Shown here: one piece after another, positions 43,243-53,067 of the stretch
How positions within the stretch are numbered: the first letter of the stretch is position 1
Layout: each line of letters starts with the position of its first letter
Source: a virus
DNA length: 64,000 bases
Direction: 5' to 3' (one strand)
IMG/VR virus record: IMGVR_UViG_3300045988_140747
The notes under the pieces: model-generated
The model's input: only the letters and a program-made list of their open reading frames with translations
Database searches by the model: none
What the model was told of the DNA's origin: nothing
Position numbers and translations under genes: made by a program

Positions 43243-43415
43243 GCGACCTGGAATGGCGTATGTATGCGCTCATCATGGATCATTCTGCATCCATGCAGGA
43301 GCTGAAGTACGTTTATACGTTGGATGAAGCTCTCATGCTCTATGATCTGCTTGAAATGCGCCAAGATCAGCAAAGAATCGAGTACGAACGTCAATCGGAG
43401 AAGGGAGGTGAGTAG
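42724..43415 (+). CDS. tail assembly chaperone, -1 frameshift-extended form
   Basis: A slip at T_TTT_TTC (43146-43152) joins ...QNYGNFF to the -1 frame FRRCQHPLW...SEKGGE, which ends at 43415, 2 nt before the tape-measure start. Confidence 0.6.
43146..43152 (+). promoter_or_regulatory. -1 programmed frameshift slippery heptamer U UUU UUC
   Basis: Zero-frame codons are aaT TTT TTC. The overlapping ORF 43113-43415 is in the -1 frame. Confidence 0.6.
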
Positions 43416-43417
43416 CT

Positions 43418-45235
43418 TTGGCAGAAACGATTATCAGTAAGTTCGTCAGCCTTATACAGACCAAGGTTGACCCTAAGAGCGTTCAGCAGACGCAAGCAAC
43501 CCTGAAAAGTGTAAGGAGCTTTGCCGCTAAAACGCTTGGAGTCCTTGGTATTGGATTTTCTTTGTCATGGTTAAAGAACATTACAGAGGAGTTCAAAGGC
43601 GCCAATGACCAAATCCGTGGGGCTACAGAAGGATTGGGAGAGCAAGCAGAAATCCAGAAGAAAATTCTGGCTGCGGCAAACTCATGCCGTGAGTCTTACA
43701 GCGATATGGCCGGCTATGTTACCAGCCTGACGAGCAACAGTTCAAAAATCTTCCCAGTTGATGATGCAACGCGGTTTGCATCTATTGTGGCAAAGCTTGA
43801 AAAAGCTTCCGGCAAATCTGGAAACACGAATGCAACCATGACTGCCATGACAAAGATGGCGTCTACCGGAAATATTGACAAAACGAGTTTTGCTTCGCTT
43901 TCTCCTGAAGTTCTGAGCGTTCTTGAAAAGTCCCTCGGAAAGAGCAAGAAGCAGCTTGAATCAATGGCTGCGGCAGGCACACTCACCGCCAAAACGATAA
44001 AGAGTGCCTTCTTTGCAGCTGAAGAAGATATCCAGAAAAAGTTCAACAATCTGGATCTGACGATTACGGATGCTACAAAGCATATTCGAAATAGTTGGGG
44101 TTTCTGGTTTGAAGATCTGGGCTCCACCTATAAGATCACTGATAAAATTGCGCGATTTCTCGTGGATGTCAGTGATAGGTTGATGTCCAAAGCCCAGAAA
44201 ATCACAAGCTGGCTAAAAATCCTTGGCGACAAGCTAGAAGGAACCGATAAGGTGTTGAAACTTATTGCGTTCTCTGCTGCAGCCATATTCCTCGCGATGA
44301 ACGCCCAGAAAATCACGGCATTCCTTCTTACGGCCGTGAATTTTCTGAAAAGCTTTAACATTCAGACGGCGCTTGCTGCAGCTAAGTGGTTGCTTCTGTT
44401 CCTTGTGCTTGAAGATATCTGGACCTTTTTCCAAGGCGGGGACAGCGTTTTGGGCCGATTGCTTAAAGACGCTGGTGTTGATGTTGATGCTCTGCGAGAA
44501 AAAATCAGCACATTCTTTGATAATGCAAAGCAATGGTGCCAAGATACACTCTCCTCTATTGGCTCATGGTGGCAAGAACATAAAGACACTGTGCTCGCCG
44601 TCCTTCAATGGATTTGGCAAGGCTTTGTTGATTTGACCGCTGACATCATTACCCTCGGAGAACATTTGTTTGATCTTTTGGCCGGCCTTATCACTGGATT
44701 TCAAACTGGTGACTGGACTCAGTTCCTTACTGGATGCAAAGAGCTGTGGCAAGATTTCCTTGATGTATTGAATAGACTTGGCGAGATTTGCTTTGGCGAG
44801 ACATGGGAACCAATGAAGGAAAGTGCCAAGGAAATCTGGGACTATCTGACCGGATTTTTCGACTGGTTCGGAGACAAAATCAAGTGGGCAAAAGATCTTT
44901 GGAGTGGAGCTAAGGACATCTTGAACAAAGTCACCGGGAAGGATCAGGATGATCCTAAGCCAATGGGTGGTGGAAGCACATCCTCTGGAAATGGCTCTGG
45001 ACGAAAAGGTGTCAGTGATTTCTTGGCTGGTGGACAAGGTGTATCTGGAAGGACCGCCGCAACAGCTCCCGTGTCCAACAACACTACGAACACCACTATA
45101 AAGCAGGAGAACAATCAGCAGTATACCTTCCATGTGTCTGAACGGGATGCTGCGGATAAGCTCCAACGGGAGGCCTATGCTCAAGGCAACAATTCTGCCA
45201 TTCAGCTTTCACATGCTTTGAATTACGGGAGGTGA
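43418..45235 (+). CDS. tail tape measure protein
   Basis: 605 aa, TTG after GGGAGGTGAG. Helical N-half, hydrophobic segment (LKLIAFSAAAIFLAM...), Trp-rich C-part. Canonical position. Confidence 0.8.
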   Translation: MAETIISKFVSLIQTKVDPKSVQQTQATLKSVRSFAAKTLGVLGIGFSLSWLKNITEEFKGANDQIRGATEGLGEQAEIQKKILAAANSCRESYSDMAGYVTSLTSNSSKIFPVDDATRFASIVAKLEKASGKSGNTNATMTAMTKMASTGNIDKTSFASLSPEVLSVLEKSLGKSKKQLESMAAAGTLTAKTIKSAFFAAEEDIQKKFNNLDLTITDATKHIRNSWGFWFEDLGSTYKITDKIARFLVDVSDRLMSKAQKITSWLKILGDKLEGTDKVLKLIAFSAAAIFLAMNAQKITAFLLTAVNFLKSFNIQTALAAAKWLLLFLVLEDIWTFFQGGDSVLGRLLKDAGVDVDALREKISTFFDNAKQWCQDTLSSIGSWWQEHKDTVLAVLQWIWQGFVDLTADIITLGEHLFDLLAGLITGFQTGDWTQFLTGCKELWQDFLDVLNRLGEICFGETWEPMKESAKEIWDYLTGFFDWFGDKIKWAKDLWSGAKDILNKVTGKDQDDPKPMGGGSTSSGNGSGRKGVSDFLAGGQGVSGRTAATAPVSNNTTNTTIKQENNQQYTFHVSERDAADKLQREAYAQGNNSAIQLSHALNYGR

Positions 45236-45241
45236 CACGGA

Positions 45242-45823
45242 ATGACTGCTGCCAAGCCTGCCACTCTCGGAACGCTCGAATTCGATGCTGTCGTCTCAAG
45301 ATCTGAAACTATGGATGCAGATATTCCTGAGTACGCCACCGAAGCTGGTTATTCTGTTAGCGATAACATCTGCCTCAAGGCATTAACACTTGATGTTGAA
45401 GCGGTTATAAGCAACACTCCCGTGACATGGGCGAACATTCACTCCCCGTCGCAATCTCGTGTTGAAACGCTGTGCGATGAATTCCGAAAGCTGTGGAAAG
45501 AAAAGAAAACCCTCACTTTTTCCGCTGGCAGCGATGTATATGAGAACATGTGCATCGAAAGCCTGACACTGCCAAGAAAGGCCGAAAACGGAAGCAGCGT
45601 CTACATTTCTCTTACCTTGAAACAGGTCACTGTTGCACAAAGTGATACCGCTGCTATTTCTATCAACTATGCCCGTGGCGGAAAATCTGGACAGAACACA
45701 GGATCAGGACAGCGTAAAACCACCTCTACATCATCCGGGAAAAGTCAAGGGACAAAGAAAAGTCAAGGGACAAAATCTAGTATTTTGTGCTCTGGAGCAA
45801 AAGCGCTCGGCTTATTCAAGTAA
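45242..45823 (+). CDS. tail/baseplate protein (Dit-like N-domain?)
   Basis: LEFDAVVSRSETMDADIPEYATEAGYSVSDNI...LTLDVEAVIS pattern. Low-complexity basic tail. Confidence 0.45.
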   Translation: MTAAKPATLGTLEFDAVVSRSETMDADIPEYATEAGYSVSDNICLKALTLDVEAVISNTPVTWANIHSPSQSRVETLCDEFRKLWKEKKTLTFSAGSDVYENMCIESLTLPRKAENGSSVYISLTLKQVTVAQSDTAAISINYARGGKSGQNTGSGQRKTTSTSSGKSQGTKKSQGTKSSILCSGAKALGLFK

Positions 45824-45832
45824 GGAGAAGAC

Positions 45833-46150
45833 ATGCAGTATTATGAAATATCTGTCCCTGACAGAAACGATTCTATTATGCGTGTTAGCTTCGATGGCGC
45901 GTATTACTACCTGCGAACGACTTGGAATGAACACGGAGGATTCTGGCTACTCAGTATTTACGATGCTGACATGAATCTGCTTATCGGCATGGCAAAGCTT
46001 GTGTCCGGTGTGATATGGAACTTTTACGAAATTGAAAGTGTAGGTCCTCCTGGCATAATTGGCGTTCTTACGGACAATGAGAGAATCGGAAGAAACGACT
46101 TTGTTTCTGGCACAGCAAAGCTGGTTTATCTTCCGTCGGATCAAATGTAA
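45833..46150 (+). CDS. baseplate-associated protein
   Basis: 105 aa. Assignment is positional. Confidence 0.45.
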   Translation: MQYYEISVPDRNDSIMRVSFDGAYYYLRTTWNEHGGFWLLSIYDADMNLLIGMAKLVSGVIWNFYEIESVGPPGIIGVLTDNERIGRNDFVSGTAKLVYLPSDQM

Positions 46151-46182
46151 GTTGCTCTGCACAAACTGGAACGGATGATTAC

Positions 46183-47061
46183 ATGGAATACTTCAATCGA
46201 CAGTACCGTGTCCAAATCGGAAAGAACGGTACGATGGGCAAAGAAATCGGCAAGCCGGATCCTGAAACAGGTAGGTCAATTAGATGCCAATTCTCTTGTG
46301 AAATCGGAGATTCTTCCGCATCGAATACGGGCAAGATCACTCTGTGGAATCTTTCCGACGAGACTCTCCGCCTTCTGGATCAAGAAGCTTGTCTCATTGA
46401 GCTTCGAGCTGGATATGGAGATGATCTCCCTGTAATAATGGGCGGCTCCTTGGTATCGTGCGTTACGTCTCCCGATGGAGCTGACTCTCAAACAGAAATT
46501 GAGTTCGTTGACGGATTCAAAAGCGCCCGTGACAACACCTTGAGCCTAAGCTACTCCGGTTCTGTAAACGGAAAGAAAATCGTTGAGGACGCTGCTAAAA
46601 AAATCGGCTGTGAAGTTCGCTATTCCAACAGCGTAAAATTTTCTGATCTCAAAAATTTTGCGTTTGTTGGAAACGGAAAAACGCTCATAGGGAAAATATG
46701 CAACAAGTCCGGCCTCCGATGGAGCGTTCAGAATGGAATTGTCCAGATATGCACGCTTGATGAGCCGATCACGACAGCTGCATATCGCCTTGCCGCCGAT
46801 ACAGGACTTATTGGTTCTCCAAAGCCTGTCTATGAATCATCCCAAACCAGCAATAATAAGGGAAAGAACTCAACTAAGCGAAAGGCAAAAAAGGGTCTTG
46901 AAATTGAATACCTTTTGAACGGCCATATCCTGATTGATGACTACATCAAGTTGGAATCTCGCAAATATAGCGGTAATTACCGAATGTCAAAAATAGCCTT
47001 TGATGGTGATACCGAAGGCGGAGACTGGATCTGTAAAGCCCAGATTGTGGAGGTGAAGTGA
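46183..47061 (+). CDS. baseplate hub protein (XkdQ/Mu gp44-like)
   Basis: 292 aa. ...NTGKITLWNLSDETLRLL...IELRAGYGDD pattern and position. Confidence 0.5.
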   Translation: MEYFNRQYRVQIGKNGTMGKEIGKPDPETGRSIRCQFSCEIGDSSASNTGKITLWNLSDETLRLLDQEACLIELRAGYGDDLPVIMGGSLVSCVTSPDGADSQTEIEFVDGFKSARDNTLSLSYSGSVNGKKIVEDAAKKIGCEVRYSNSVKFSDLKNFAFVGNGKTLIGKICNKSGLRWSVQNGIVQICTLDEPITTAAYRLAADTGLIGSPKPVYESSQTSNNKGKNSTKRKAKKGLEIEYLLNGHILIDDYIKLESRKYSGNYRMSKIAFDGDTEGGDWICKAQIVEVK

Positions 47062-47062
47062 G

Positions 47063-47704
47063 GTGAAGGATCGAGACTTCAAACAAGATGTTTATGAAGC
47101 ACTGGATGAATTGATCTCATCGAAGATCAATGAAAGCATCCATACTTCAGCTCCCGGAAAGATCGGAAATATTACGGATAACTTCACCGCTGAAGTAAAG
47201 CCTGATCTCGAAGTTACAACTGACGATGGAGAGAAAATCCCGTATCCGAATCTTTCAGGAGCAAAGGTACTTATGCCATGTGGAGCAGGCGGCACAATCG
47301 GATTTGCATTTCCCGTCAAAAGCGGCGATGGGTGTATTTCGCTGTTTAGCGAAGGGGGTACCGGATCCGATCTTAAGTTCGATCTTTCAAATTCTCTTTT
47401 GCTTCCCGGCCTATGTGGATCTTCTGGAGAACAGACAAAAAGATCTGGTACGGAGGATGCTGCCATTATGTATGCTCCCACCGCAACCATTACGGTAAAA
47501 AAAGACTGCATAGAGCTGAAGAAGAATGGAACCACGGTCAAAATTACTGACAGTTCTATTGATATCACCGGAGATGTAGCGGTCAAAGGGACCGTTCAGG
47601 TTAATGGAAATGTTACGATCTCTGGAACATTGACACTTGGCGGCATTGTGATGAACTCTCATACCCATGCCGGAGTGCACGGCCCGACAAGCGGTCCGCA
47701 GTGA
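47063..47704 (+). CDS. baseplate spike / assembly protein V-like
   Basis: C-terminal VQVNGNVTISGTLTLGGIVMNSHTHAGVHGPTSGPQ resembles Mu gp45 / P2 gpV spikes. Confidence 0.6.
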   Translation: MKDRDFKQDVYEALDELISSKINESIHTSAPGKIGNITDNFTAEVKPDLEVTTDDGEKIPYPNLSGAKVLMPCGAGGTIGFAFPVKSGDGCISLFSEGGTGSDLKFDLSNSLLLPGLCGSSGEQTKRSGTEDAAIMYAPTATITVKKDCIELKKNGTTVKITDSSIDITGDVAVKGTVQVNGNVTISGTLTLGGIVMNSHTHAGVHGPTSGPQ

Positions 47705-47718
47705 TTGGAGATTCAATT

Positions 47719-48099
47719 ATGGCATTGAAAGATCTTGCCCTCAACTCGCAAGGAGATTTGTTCATCAATGAAAAAGGTGACTTTGAAATCATTGACTCAG
47801 TTCGCCAAGCTGTATCCATAAAGCTGAGATGGATAAAAGGCGAATGGATCTTCAACAAAGCGCTCGGAACCCCGTACTTTGAATCCATCCTCATAAAAAA
47901 TCCAAGTGAGCATTTGATTGAGAAGCTCATCAAAGATCAAATCTTGAGCGTTGATGGGATTATCGGCGTTAGCTATATCAACTTGGTCAATGATCGCTCG
48001 AAGCGAACACTGACAGTCAAATTTGCGGCGAAAACTTCTGAAGAAGAAATAGAGAGCGAGGTGGAATTGTCTCATGCCGGATCTTGGAATAACACCTAA
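47719..48099 (+). CDS. baseplate wedge protein (gp25/W-like, DUF2634-like)
   Basis: ATG 47719, 9 nt after GGAG. GDFEIIDSVRQAVSIKLRWIKGEWIFNKALGTPYF pattern. Confidence 0.55.
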   Translation: MALKDLALNSQGDLFINEKGDFEIIDSVRQAVSIKLRWIKGEWIFNKALGTPYFESILIKNPSEHLIEKLIKDQILSVDGIIGVSYINLVNDRSKRTLTVKFAAKTSEEEIESEVELSHAGSWNNT

Positions 48100-49591
48100 A
48101 GGCTTTGTCATGCGCCGTTTGGACGAAATCTATGATACTGCCTGCAAAAGGTTCAAAACAGAAGTTGGAATAGACCCGTCCGAGAATCCTCAGAGCTTTA
48201 TGAATGTGCTCTTCACCATCTTTTCTGATGAGCCTTCAATGCTTTGGGAGATATTCGCAGCCGGATATCAAAACCTTTTTCCTAATACTGCCGAAGGGAT
48301 TGCGCTTGACAACTGTATGCAGCTTGGCGGAGTCAGCCGTATTGGACAGTCAAAAACAAAATACACTCTTGCCTGCACAGGGCGAGAAGGAACCACTATT
48401 CCCGTTGGCGCTATCGTTCAGACAAGCTCTTTTCCTCAAAGGCAGTTCCAAGCATCAGAAGTCTCTCAGATTTCAAGTGTAAATTGGAATGTCCTTGATA
48501 TCGCTCCAATTGAGAGCATTTCTGGAGACATTACTTTCACATTTGGCGTTGTGCGAAGCTCAACATCTGGCGAGGTTGGAGCCTACGACGAGTCAATATC
48601 TGTTACTAAAGATCTTTCGGTGTCCTCTTATGACGATGCCTTCAGTCAGATTTTTAGTGTGCTCCAAAATTTTAGCGATCTGAAAAAATACGGAATCTCC
48701 GTTTCAAAGATCGCTGATGATAGTGGAGGATCCGTTATCCGGTTCAAGTCCTCTGGTTCTTCTGATAGCTTTTCCGCCACGCTCTGCCGCTACATAACGG
48801 TGGTCTCGGTCACAAGCAATATTGCCTTTGAGAGCGTCGATTATGGAAGCGTCGTTTTGGCAAACGGAACCATAACAGATATCGTTACTACAGTAGATGG
48901 ATGGAGCTCTTGCACCAATTGCATCGCTCCGATAAAGGGAAGACTTGTTCAGACTGATGCTGAAGCAAGATCCAGCTACACAAATCGAGTTGCCATGCGC
49001 GGAACCGGAACGGTTCTTAGCATCGCTTCTCTGCTGTACAACGATGTTGATGGGGTCACATTTTCCACTGGATACCAAAACGATGGTGATGAACCCGATT
49101 CTGCCGGAAGACCGCCTCATAGCATTGAAATGATCGTTCAGGGCGGAAGCGACGATGACGTTGCAAAAGTAATCTGGGAAAACAAGTCTGCTGGTATTCG
49201 GGCGTATGGATCTCATTATGCCTACGCTGTTGATTCCAACGGCCAAAAACAGTATGTGGAATTTACTCGCGTTCTGGATGTCTACTTGCTTGTGTCTGTT
49301 AAGATCACAAGTTCTGATGGACTGGATGATGATTATGTCTCCAGAATTCAGACCCTTCTCCTTGATGAGCAGCTTCATACGGGTCAGGTGATCCGACTGC
49401 AAAAATTCATCAGGCCAATTCTCGAATCTGTTTCTGGAGTTGATTTTGTCGAAATCAGAGGGATGCTCAGTAGAACCCCTGACATTTCTGATGTGTCTGA
49501 TGATGAGCTGTTGAACGGAGTTGTTCCCGTCAAAATCAATCAGCAACCGATTCTGACTCCCAAATGCATTAGGGTGGTGAAGACAACTTGA
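48074..49591 (+). CDS. baseplate J-like protein
   Basis: 505 aa. N-terminal PKGFVMRRLDEIYD...NLFPNTAEGIALDNCMQLGGVSR is typical of Baseplate_J. Confidence 0.75.
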   Translation: MPDLGITPKGFVMRRLDEIYDTACKRFKTEVGIDPSENPQSFMNVLFTIFSDEPSMLWEIFAAGYQNLFPNTAEGIALDNCMQLGGVSRIGQSKTKYTLACTGREGTTIPVGAIVQTSSFPQRQFQASEVSQISSVNWNVLDIAPIESISGDITFTFGVVRSSTSGEVGAYDESISVTKDLSVSSYDDAFSQIFSVLQNFSDLKKYGISVSKIADDSGGSVIRFKSSGSSDSFSATLCRYITVVSVTSNIAFESVDYGSVVLANGTITDIVTTVDGWSSCTNCIAPIKGRLVQTDAEARSSYTNRVAMRGTGTVLSIASLLYNDVDGVTFSTGYQNDGDEPDSAGRPPHSIEMIVQGGSDDDVAKVIWENKSAGIRAYGSHYAYAVDSNGQKQYVEFTRVLDVYLLVSVKITSSDGLDDDYVSRIQTLLLDEQLHTGQVIRLQKFIRPILESVSGVDFVEIRGMLSRTPDISDVSDDELLNGVVPVKINQQPILTPKCIRVVKTT

Positions 49592-49827
49592 TATCTGCTT
49601 ACAACAATATGGTTGAAAAGCTCCCACTGCAATTTCGTCTGGAAGCTTGTGACGAATCTTATTTCGGAGACTTTATTTGTGATACGAAAGACGATCTTAA
49701 AAGCTTGCCAACCGATTGTGCAATGGGAAGCATCGCCAGAGTTATCGAGCCGCCATCTATTTATAGAAAAAGTGCATCTGGCACTTGGGTTCTGCAAAAA
49801 AGCGTCGGGGAGGATGAAGAAATTTGA
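49588..49827 (+). CDS. hypothetical tail protein
   Basis: 79 aa. TTG start overlapping the upstream stop. Alternative ATG 49609. Confidence 0.4.
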   Translation: MISAYNNMVEKLPLQFRLEACDESYFGDFICDTKDDLKSLPTDCAMGSIARVIEPPSIYRKSASGTWVLQKSVGEDEEI

Positions 49828-50405
49828 GCTACGAAATCATCGAAACCACCCCCATACGGATAGAAAAAATGTCCGTCATAGATGGTATCCCCTGGGCATT
49901 TTCTCCGGCATATGAAGAATTGGAGCTTGCACTCGGTCAGATTGAAAGTCTGAATGATATTGATTCGTGTTCTGGCGTTCTACTTGATCGCATAGGGCAA
50001 ATTGTTTGCTTGTCCAGACAGGAAGCGGGCATCATGATCGGAAGCCGTGAGCTTGCTGACGACGACAGCATCTATAGGGTATGCCTTAAATATAAGGCTT
50101 ATGTCAACAGCTGTCGCTGTACCCCGGATGAAATCATTGAAGCGACAAAAATTATTTTTGGGGCTTCACAGGTTTTGTACAGCGAGCAGCGAGACACACC
50201 AGCCACATTTCATCTGTCAATATCTGCGCCTTTTTCCGATCTAGTTCTTTCGATTCTTGGATCTCACGATCTTATCGTTCATCCTGCCGGCGTAAAGGTC
50301 AAAGCGGATTGTTCTACAGTAGATACAGATACATTCGGATTTGTTGACATAAATCCAAATGTTGCGGGGTTCGGAAACGGAAAATTCGCGCAATCGATTA
50401 ACTAA
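49824..50405 (+). CDS. tail-fibre-proximal baseplate protein (DUF2612/XkdU-like)
   Basis: VLLDRIGQIV...DDDSIYRVCLKYKAYVNSCRCTPDEII pattern. Confidence 0.45.
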   Translation: MSYEIIETTPIRIEKMSVIDGIPWAFSPAYEELELALGQIESLNDIDSCSGVLLDRIGQIVCLSRQEAGIMIGSRELADDDSIYRVCLKYKAYVNSCRCTPDEIIEATKIIFGASQVLYSEQRDTPATFHLSISAPFSDLVLSILGSHDLIVHPAGVKVKADCSTVDTDTFGFVDINPNVAGFGNGKFAQSIN

Positions 50406-50423
50406 AGGAAAGGAGGATTTTTT

Positions 50424-51458
50424 GTGGCCGAAACACGATCCGGATTAGTTGTGGATGACTATTCAAAAGTTGCCTTTTCTGTAGATGGCACCAAACAGGA
50501 GCTATCTATTGACGAATGGAAGGCCGGCTGGGCTACCATTGTTGGCGGCATTAACGGAAAGCCGACAAGCCAGCAGTTCAACATGGTTACATACATTCTG
50601 TCAAGCTTGCTGAATCAAGCCATTTCAGATCTTTCAACTGTTAAAAGCACCGCCAATGACGCACTGCCAAAGACCGAATTCACAGCGGATCAAATTGCAA
50701 AGATGCTTGCAGAACTGGATCTGATGAATGGATGCAACGCCGATAAGCTTGACGGAAAACATGGCGATGAATATGCGTCTGCAGACCATAAGCATTCTGC
50801 AGACGACATTGAAGTCGGAACATTGCCCATCGAACGAGGTGGAACATATGCCACTACCGCTCCTGAGGCGTGTGCAAATCTTGGCGCAATGCAGACAGCC
50901 GGCGGTACGTTCATTGGTGATGTTTACTTTGCAAACGGAACTGCGCATTATGTTTTGTCAACAGGCGACGCGCATCTTAAATCTTTGACGGTATCTGGTG
51001 ATATCAATGCAAAGCGAGTCTACGATGCAGTTTATAACGACTATGCTGAGTTGATGCCGCGTGGCGAACAAACAGAACCGGGCGACATCGTTGCTCTCGA
51101 TACCAGCAGTCAGACGGAACGATACATCAAGGCAACGAATTTGTCTGACCGTATCGCTGGAGTCCACACTGATGAGTTTGCAATGCTTATCGGCGGCAAT
51201 AAAGTTAGAGAAGGGCAGGATTTCCTTGCGGAAAACCTGCCCTCTTTTATTCCTGTTTCTCTTGCTGGCCGTGTGCATACCAAAGTGATCGGGCCTGTTC
51301 ATACGGGTGACTACATTGTTTTGTCTGAAACGCCAGGAATCGGACGTGCCGTTGGTTCGTGTGAATCCTGCCCGACCGATAAAATTGTTGGCTACGCTTG
51401 TGAAGGCGATGACCGAACAGATCTTAGACTGGTAAAAGTCAGAGTAGGGGGCAAGTGA
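50424..51458 (+). CDS. tail fibre protein 1
   Basis: GTG after AAAGGAGG. W..GW..IVGGINGKPTSQQFN, DKLDGKHGDEYA..HKHSADDIEVGTLPIERGG: classic fibre motifs. Confidence 0.7.
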   Translation: MAETRSGLVVDDYSKVAFSVDGTKQELSIDEWKAGWATIVGGINGKPTSQQFNMVTYILSSLLNQAISDLSTVKSTANDALPKTEFTADQIAKMLAELDLMNGCNADKLDGKHGDEYASADHKHSADDIEVGTLPIERGGTYATTAPEACANLGAMQTAGGTFIGDVYFANGTAHYVLSTGDAHLKSLTVSGDINAKRVYDAVYNDYAELMPRGEQTEPGDIVALDTSSQTERYIKATNLSDRIAGVHTDEFAMLIGGNKVREGQDFLAENLPSFIPVSLAGRVHTKVIGPVHTGDYIVLSETPGIGRAVGSCESCPTDKIVGYACEGDDRTDLRLVKVRVGGK

Positions 51459-52444
51459 TGATAAAAAAGGATTCACGGTGCTATGCTTCTGACTTTTCTG
51501 AAATAAAGAAAGCACTTGATGCTGAGCTTGGCCGTCGCGGAAAAGCTGAGGGAACAGCGCGTGGGCAGAGCGTTGGCAGCATGGCTTCATACAAACAAGA
51601 GTTCTCAAATGCTATTGCAGTAGGAGAAACTATCAGAAATGAACACATTCAGAAGCTCACTCAGCCTTTGAGCGCCATTACGGGTTCATCCATTGCACCT
51701 GAAAATGGAAACAAGGTTACTGCCGATGTACTGGCTCAAGCTGCATCGATGCTCAGTGAACTCAGTTCGGTCGAGGAGACATCCTCATCAAGCGGATGCG
51801 CAGGAGCGTGCTCCGGCCTTTGCGCAACTGGTTGCTATTCCTCGTGTTCTGGATGTACCGGTAGCTGCACGGGTGGTTGTTTAGACTCTTGCGTTGCGAC
51901 TTGCGCAGATGATTGCGTTGGTGGCTGCAAGACAACATGCTCTGGATTGTGCACCGGGACATGCACTGGAACGTGCACGCAAGCATGTGCAAATACTTGC
52001 GGAGGAACATGTACCGGCACTTGCATGGGCACCTGCGTAAATTCCTGCACTGGCAACTGCGTTGGAAAATGTACAGGTACATGCACAGCAGCCTGTGCCG
52101 ATAGCTGCACAAGGAACTGTAAGACAACCTGTAGTGGCGGATGCTCCGGTTCATGTGATGGTTGTTCAAGTTCCTGCGAGGGAAGCTGCAGCACCAATTG
52201 TGCTGATAGCTGCGATAACAATTGCACGACTGGGTGCAAATCTTATTGTGCAAATAGCTGTCAGGATAGTTGCGCTGGAACGGGTTGCCTTGCTAACTGC
52301 GAAAGCGGCTGCTCGAACTCTTGCAGAGGCGACTGTAATTCGCACTGCGGTTCACAGTGCACTAGCGGTTGCGATTCAAGCTGCGATGGATGTTCTGGAT
52401 CGTGTTCCGGTGGCTGCACAAGCTGCTCTGGATTCTTATTTTAA
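51455..52444 (+). CDS. CXXX-repeat (54-Cys ladder) protein, candidate radical-SAM substrate
   Basis: GTG/ATG 51455/51458 overlaps the fibre gene stop. 114-aa non-repetitive N-domain, then about 215 aa with Cys at nearly every 4th residue (CTGTCTGTCTQACANTC...). Confidence 0.8.
   Translation: MMIKKDSRCYASDFSEIKKALDAELGRRGKAEGTARGQSVGSMASYKQEFSNAIAVGETIRNEHIQKLTQPLSAITGSSIAPENGNKVTADVLAQAASMLSELSSVEETSSSSGCAGACSGLCATGCYSSCSGCTGSCTGGCLDSCVATCADDCVGGCKTTCSGLCTGTCTGTCTQACANTCGGTCTGTCMGTCVNSCTGNCVGKCTGTCTAACADSCTRNCKTTCSGGCSGSCDGCSSSCEGSCSTNCADSCDNNCTTGCKSYCANSCQDSCAGTGCLANCESGCSNSCRGDCNSHCGSQCTSGCDSSCDGCSGSCSGGCTSCSGFLF
51797..52441 (+). repeat. 12-nt periodic Cys-codon array (54 TGC/TGT codons)
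   Basis: Units counted by hand: 49 CXXX, 4 CXX, 1 CXXXX. Spacer residues are almost only G/S/T/A/D/N. Confidence 0.9.
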
Positions 52445-52462
52445 AAAATACAGGAGGAAAAG

Positions 52463-53047
52463 ATGGACGCTACTATTCATTATGCAAGTAACGGCGACTC
52501 AGATGCAGATGCATCGTATCTCAGAAATCTGCCGATCATTAAGCTCCTTCAAAAGGCCACCATCGATGTCGATGACTGGAGTGTGCTCTTGTCTGCCGCT
52601 CCTAACGGCGAAGATAAGCTTTTCTGGTGTCTTGGATATGCTGGCGCTCTTTGTGCTATCGACGCAACAGACTTTGATGACTGGTTTATCTACTGCCTTA
52701 CAGTCGTGGACTCCGCTTTGCAAGCCTGCAAAATCGAGAGTGCTTCTGATGAGCGCCGAAACCTGCTTGCTCTTGGGCTTGCATCGAGAACTTTTAATTT
52801 TGCAGCAAATCCTGTCACCAAAGATCTGAAATGTAAGGACGCATTACTCGGCGCTGGCGATTACCGTTGTTCTGAAGATGCTGATATCTTTGCCATGTGG
52901 TTTGCTCTTCGCATCTTGACTGAATATCTGAGGCTTGACTTCAACAGCAATCTGCGGGCTTTGACAAATGCCATGGTGTCCATGAACAAAATTCGGGAAC
53001 GGTACAGCCAGATTGCAGACAGGCTTCCGAAAATGGATGCCTGCTGA
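52463..53047 (+). CDS. hypothetical protein of the CXXX/rSAM cluster
   Basis: 194 aa, RBS CAGGAGGAAAAG. Seven Cys. No family recognised. Confidence 0.6.
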   Translation: MDATIHYASNGDSDADASYLRNLPIIKLLQKATIDVDDWSVLLSAAPNGEDKLFWCLGYAGALCAIDATDFDDWFIYCLTVVDSALQACKIESASDERRNLLALGLASRTFNFAANPVTKDLKCKDALLGAGDYRCSEDADIFAMWFALRILTEYLRLDFNSNLRALTNAMVSMNKIRERYSQIADRLPKMDAC

Positions 53048-53067
53048 GATCTGAAAAGGGGAAGAGT

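Noticed and set aside
51762-52829. Long ORFs overlapping the Cys array on the minus strand (51762-52253, 51835-52239) and in another + frame (51913-52104, 52062-52829)
   Set aside because: They are by-products of the 12-nt periodic, stop-poor composition. They have no RBS. The + frame from 51455 has start coupling to the upstream gene and a clean C-x3 periodicity.
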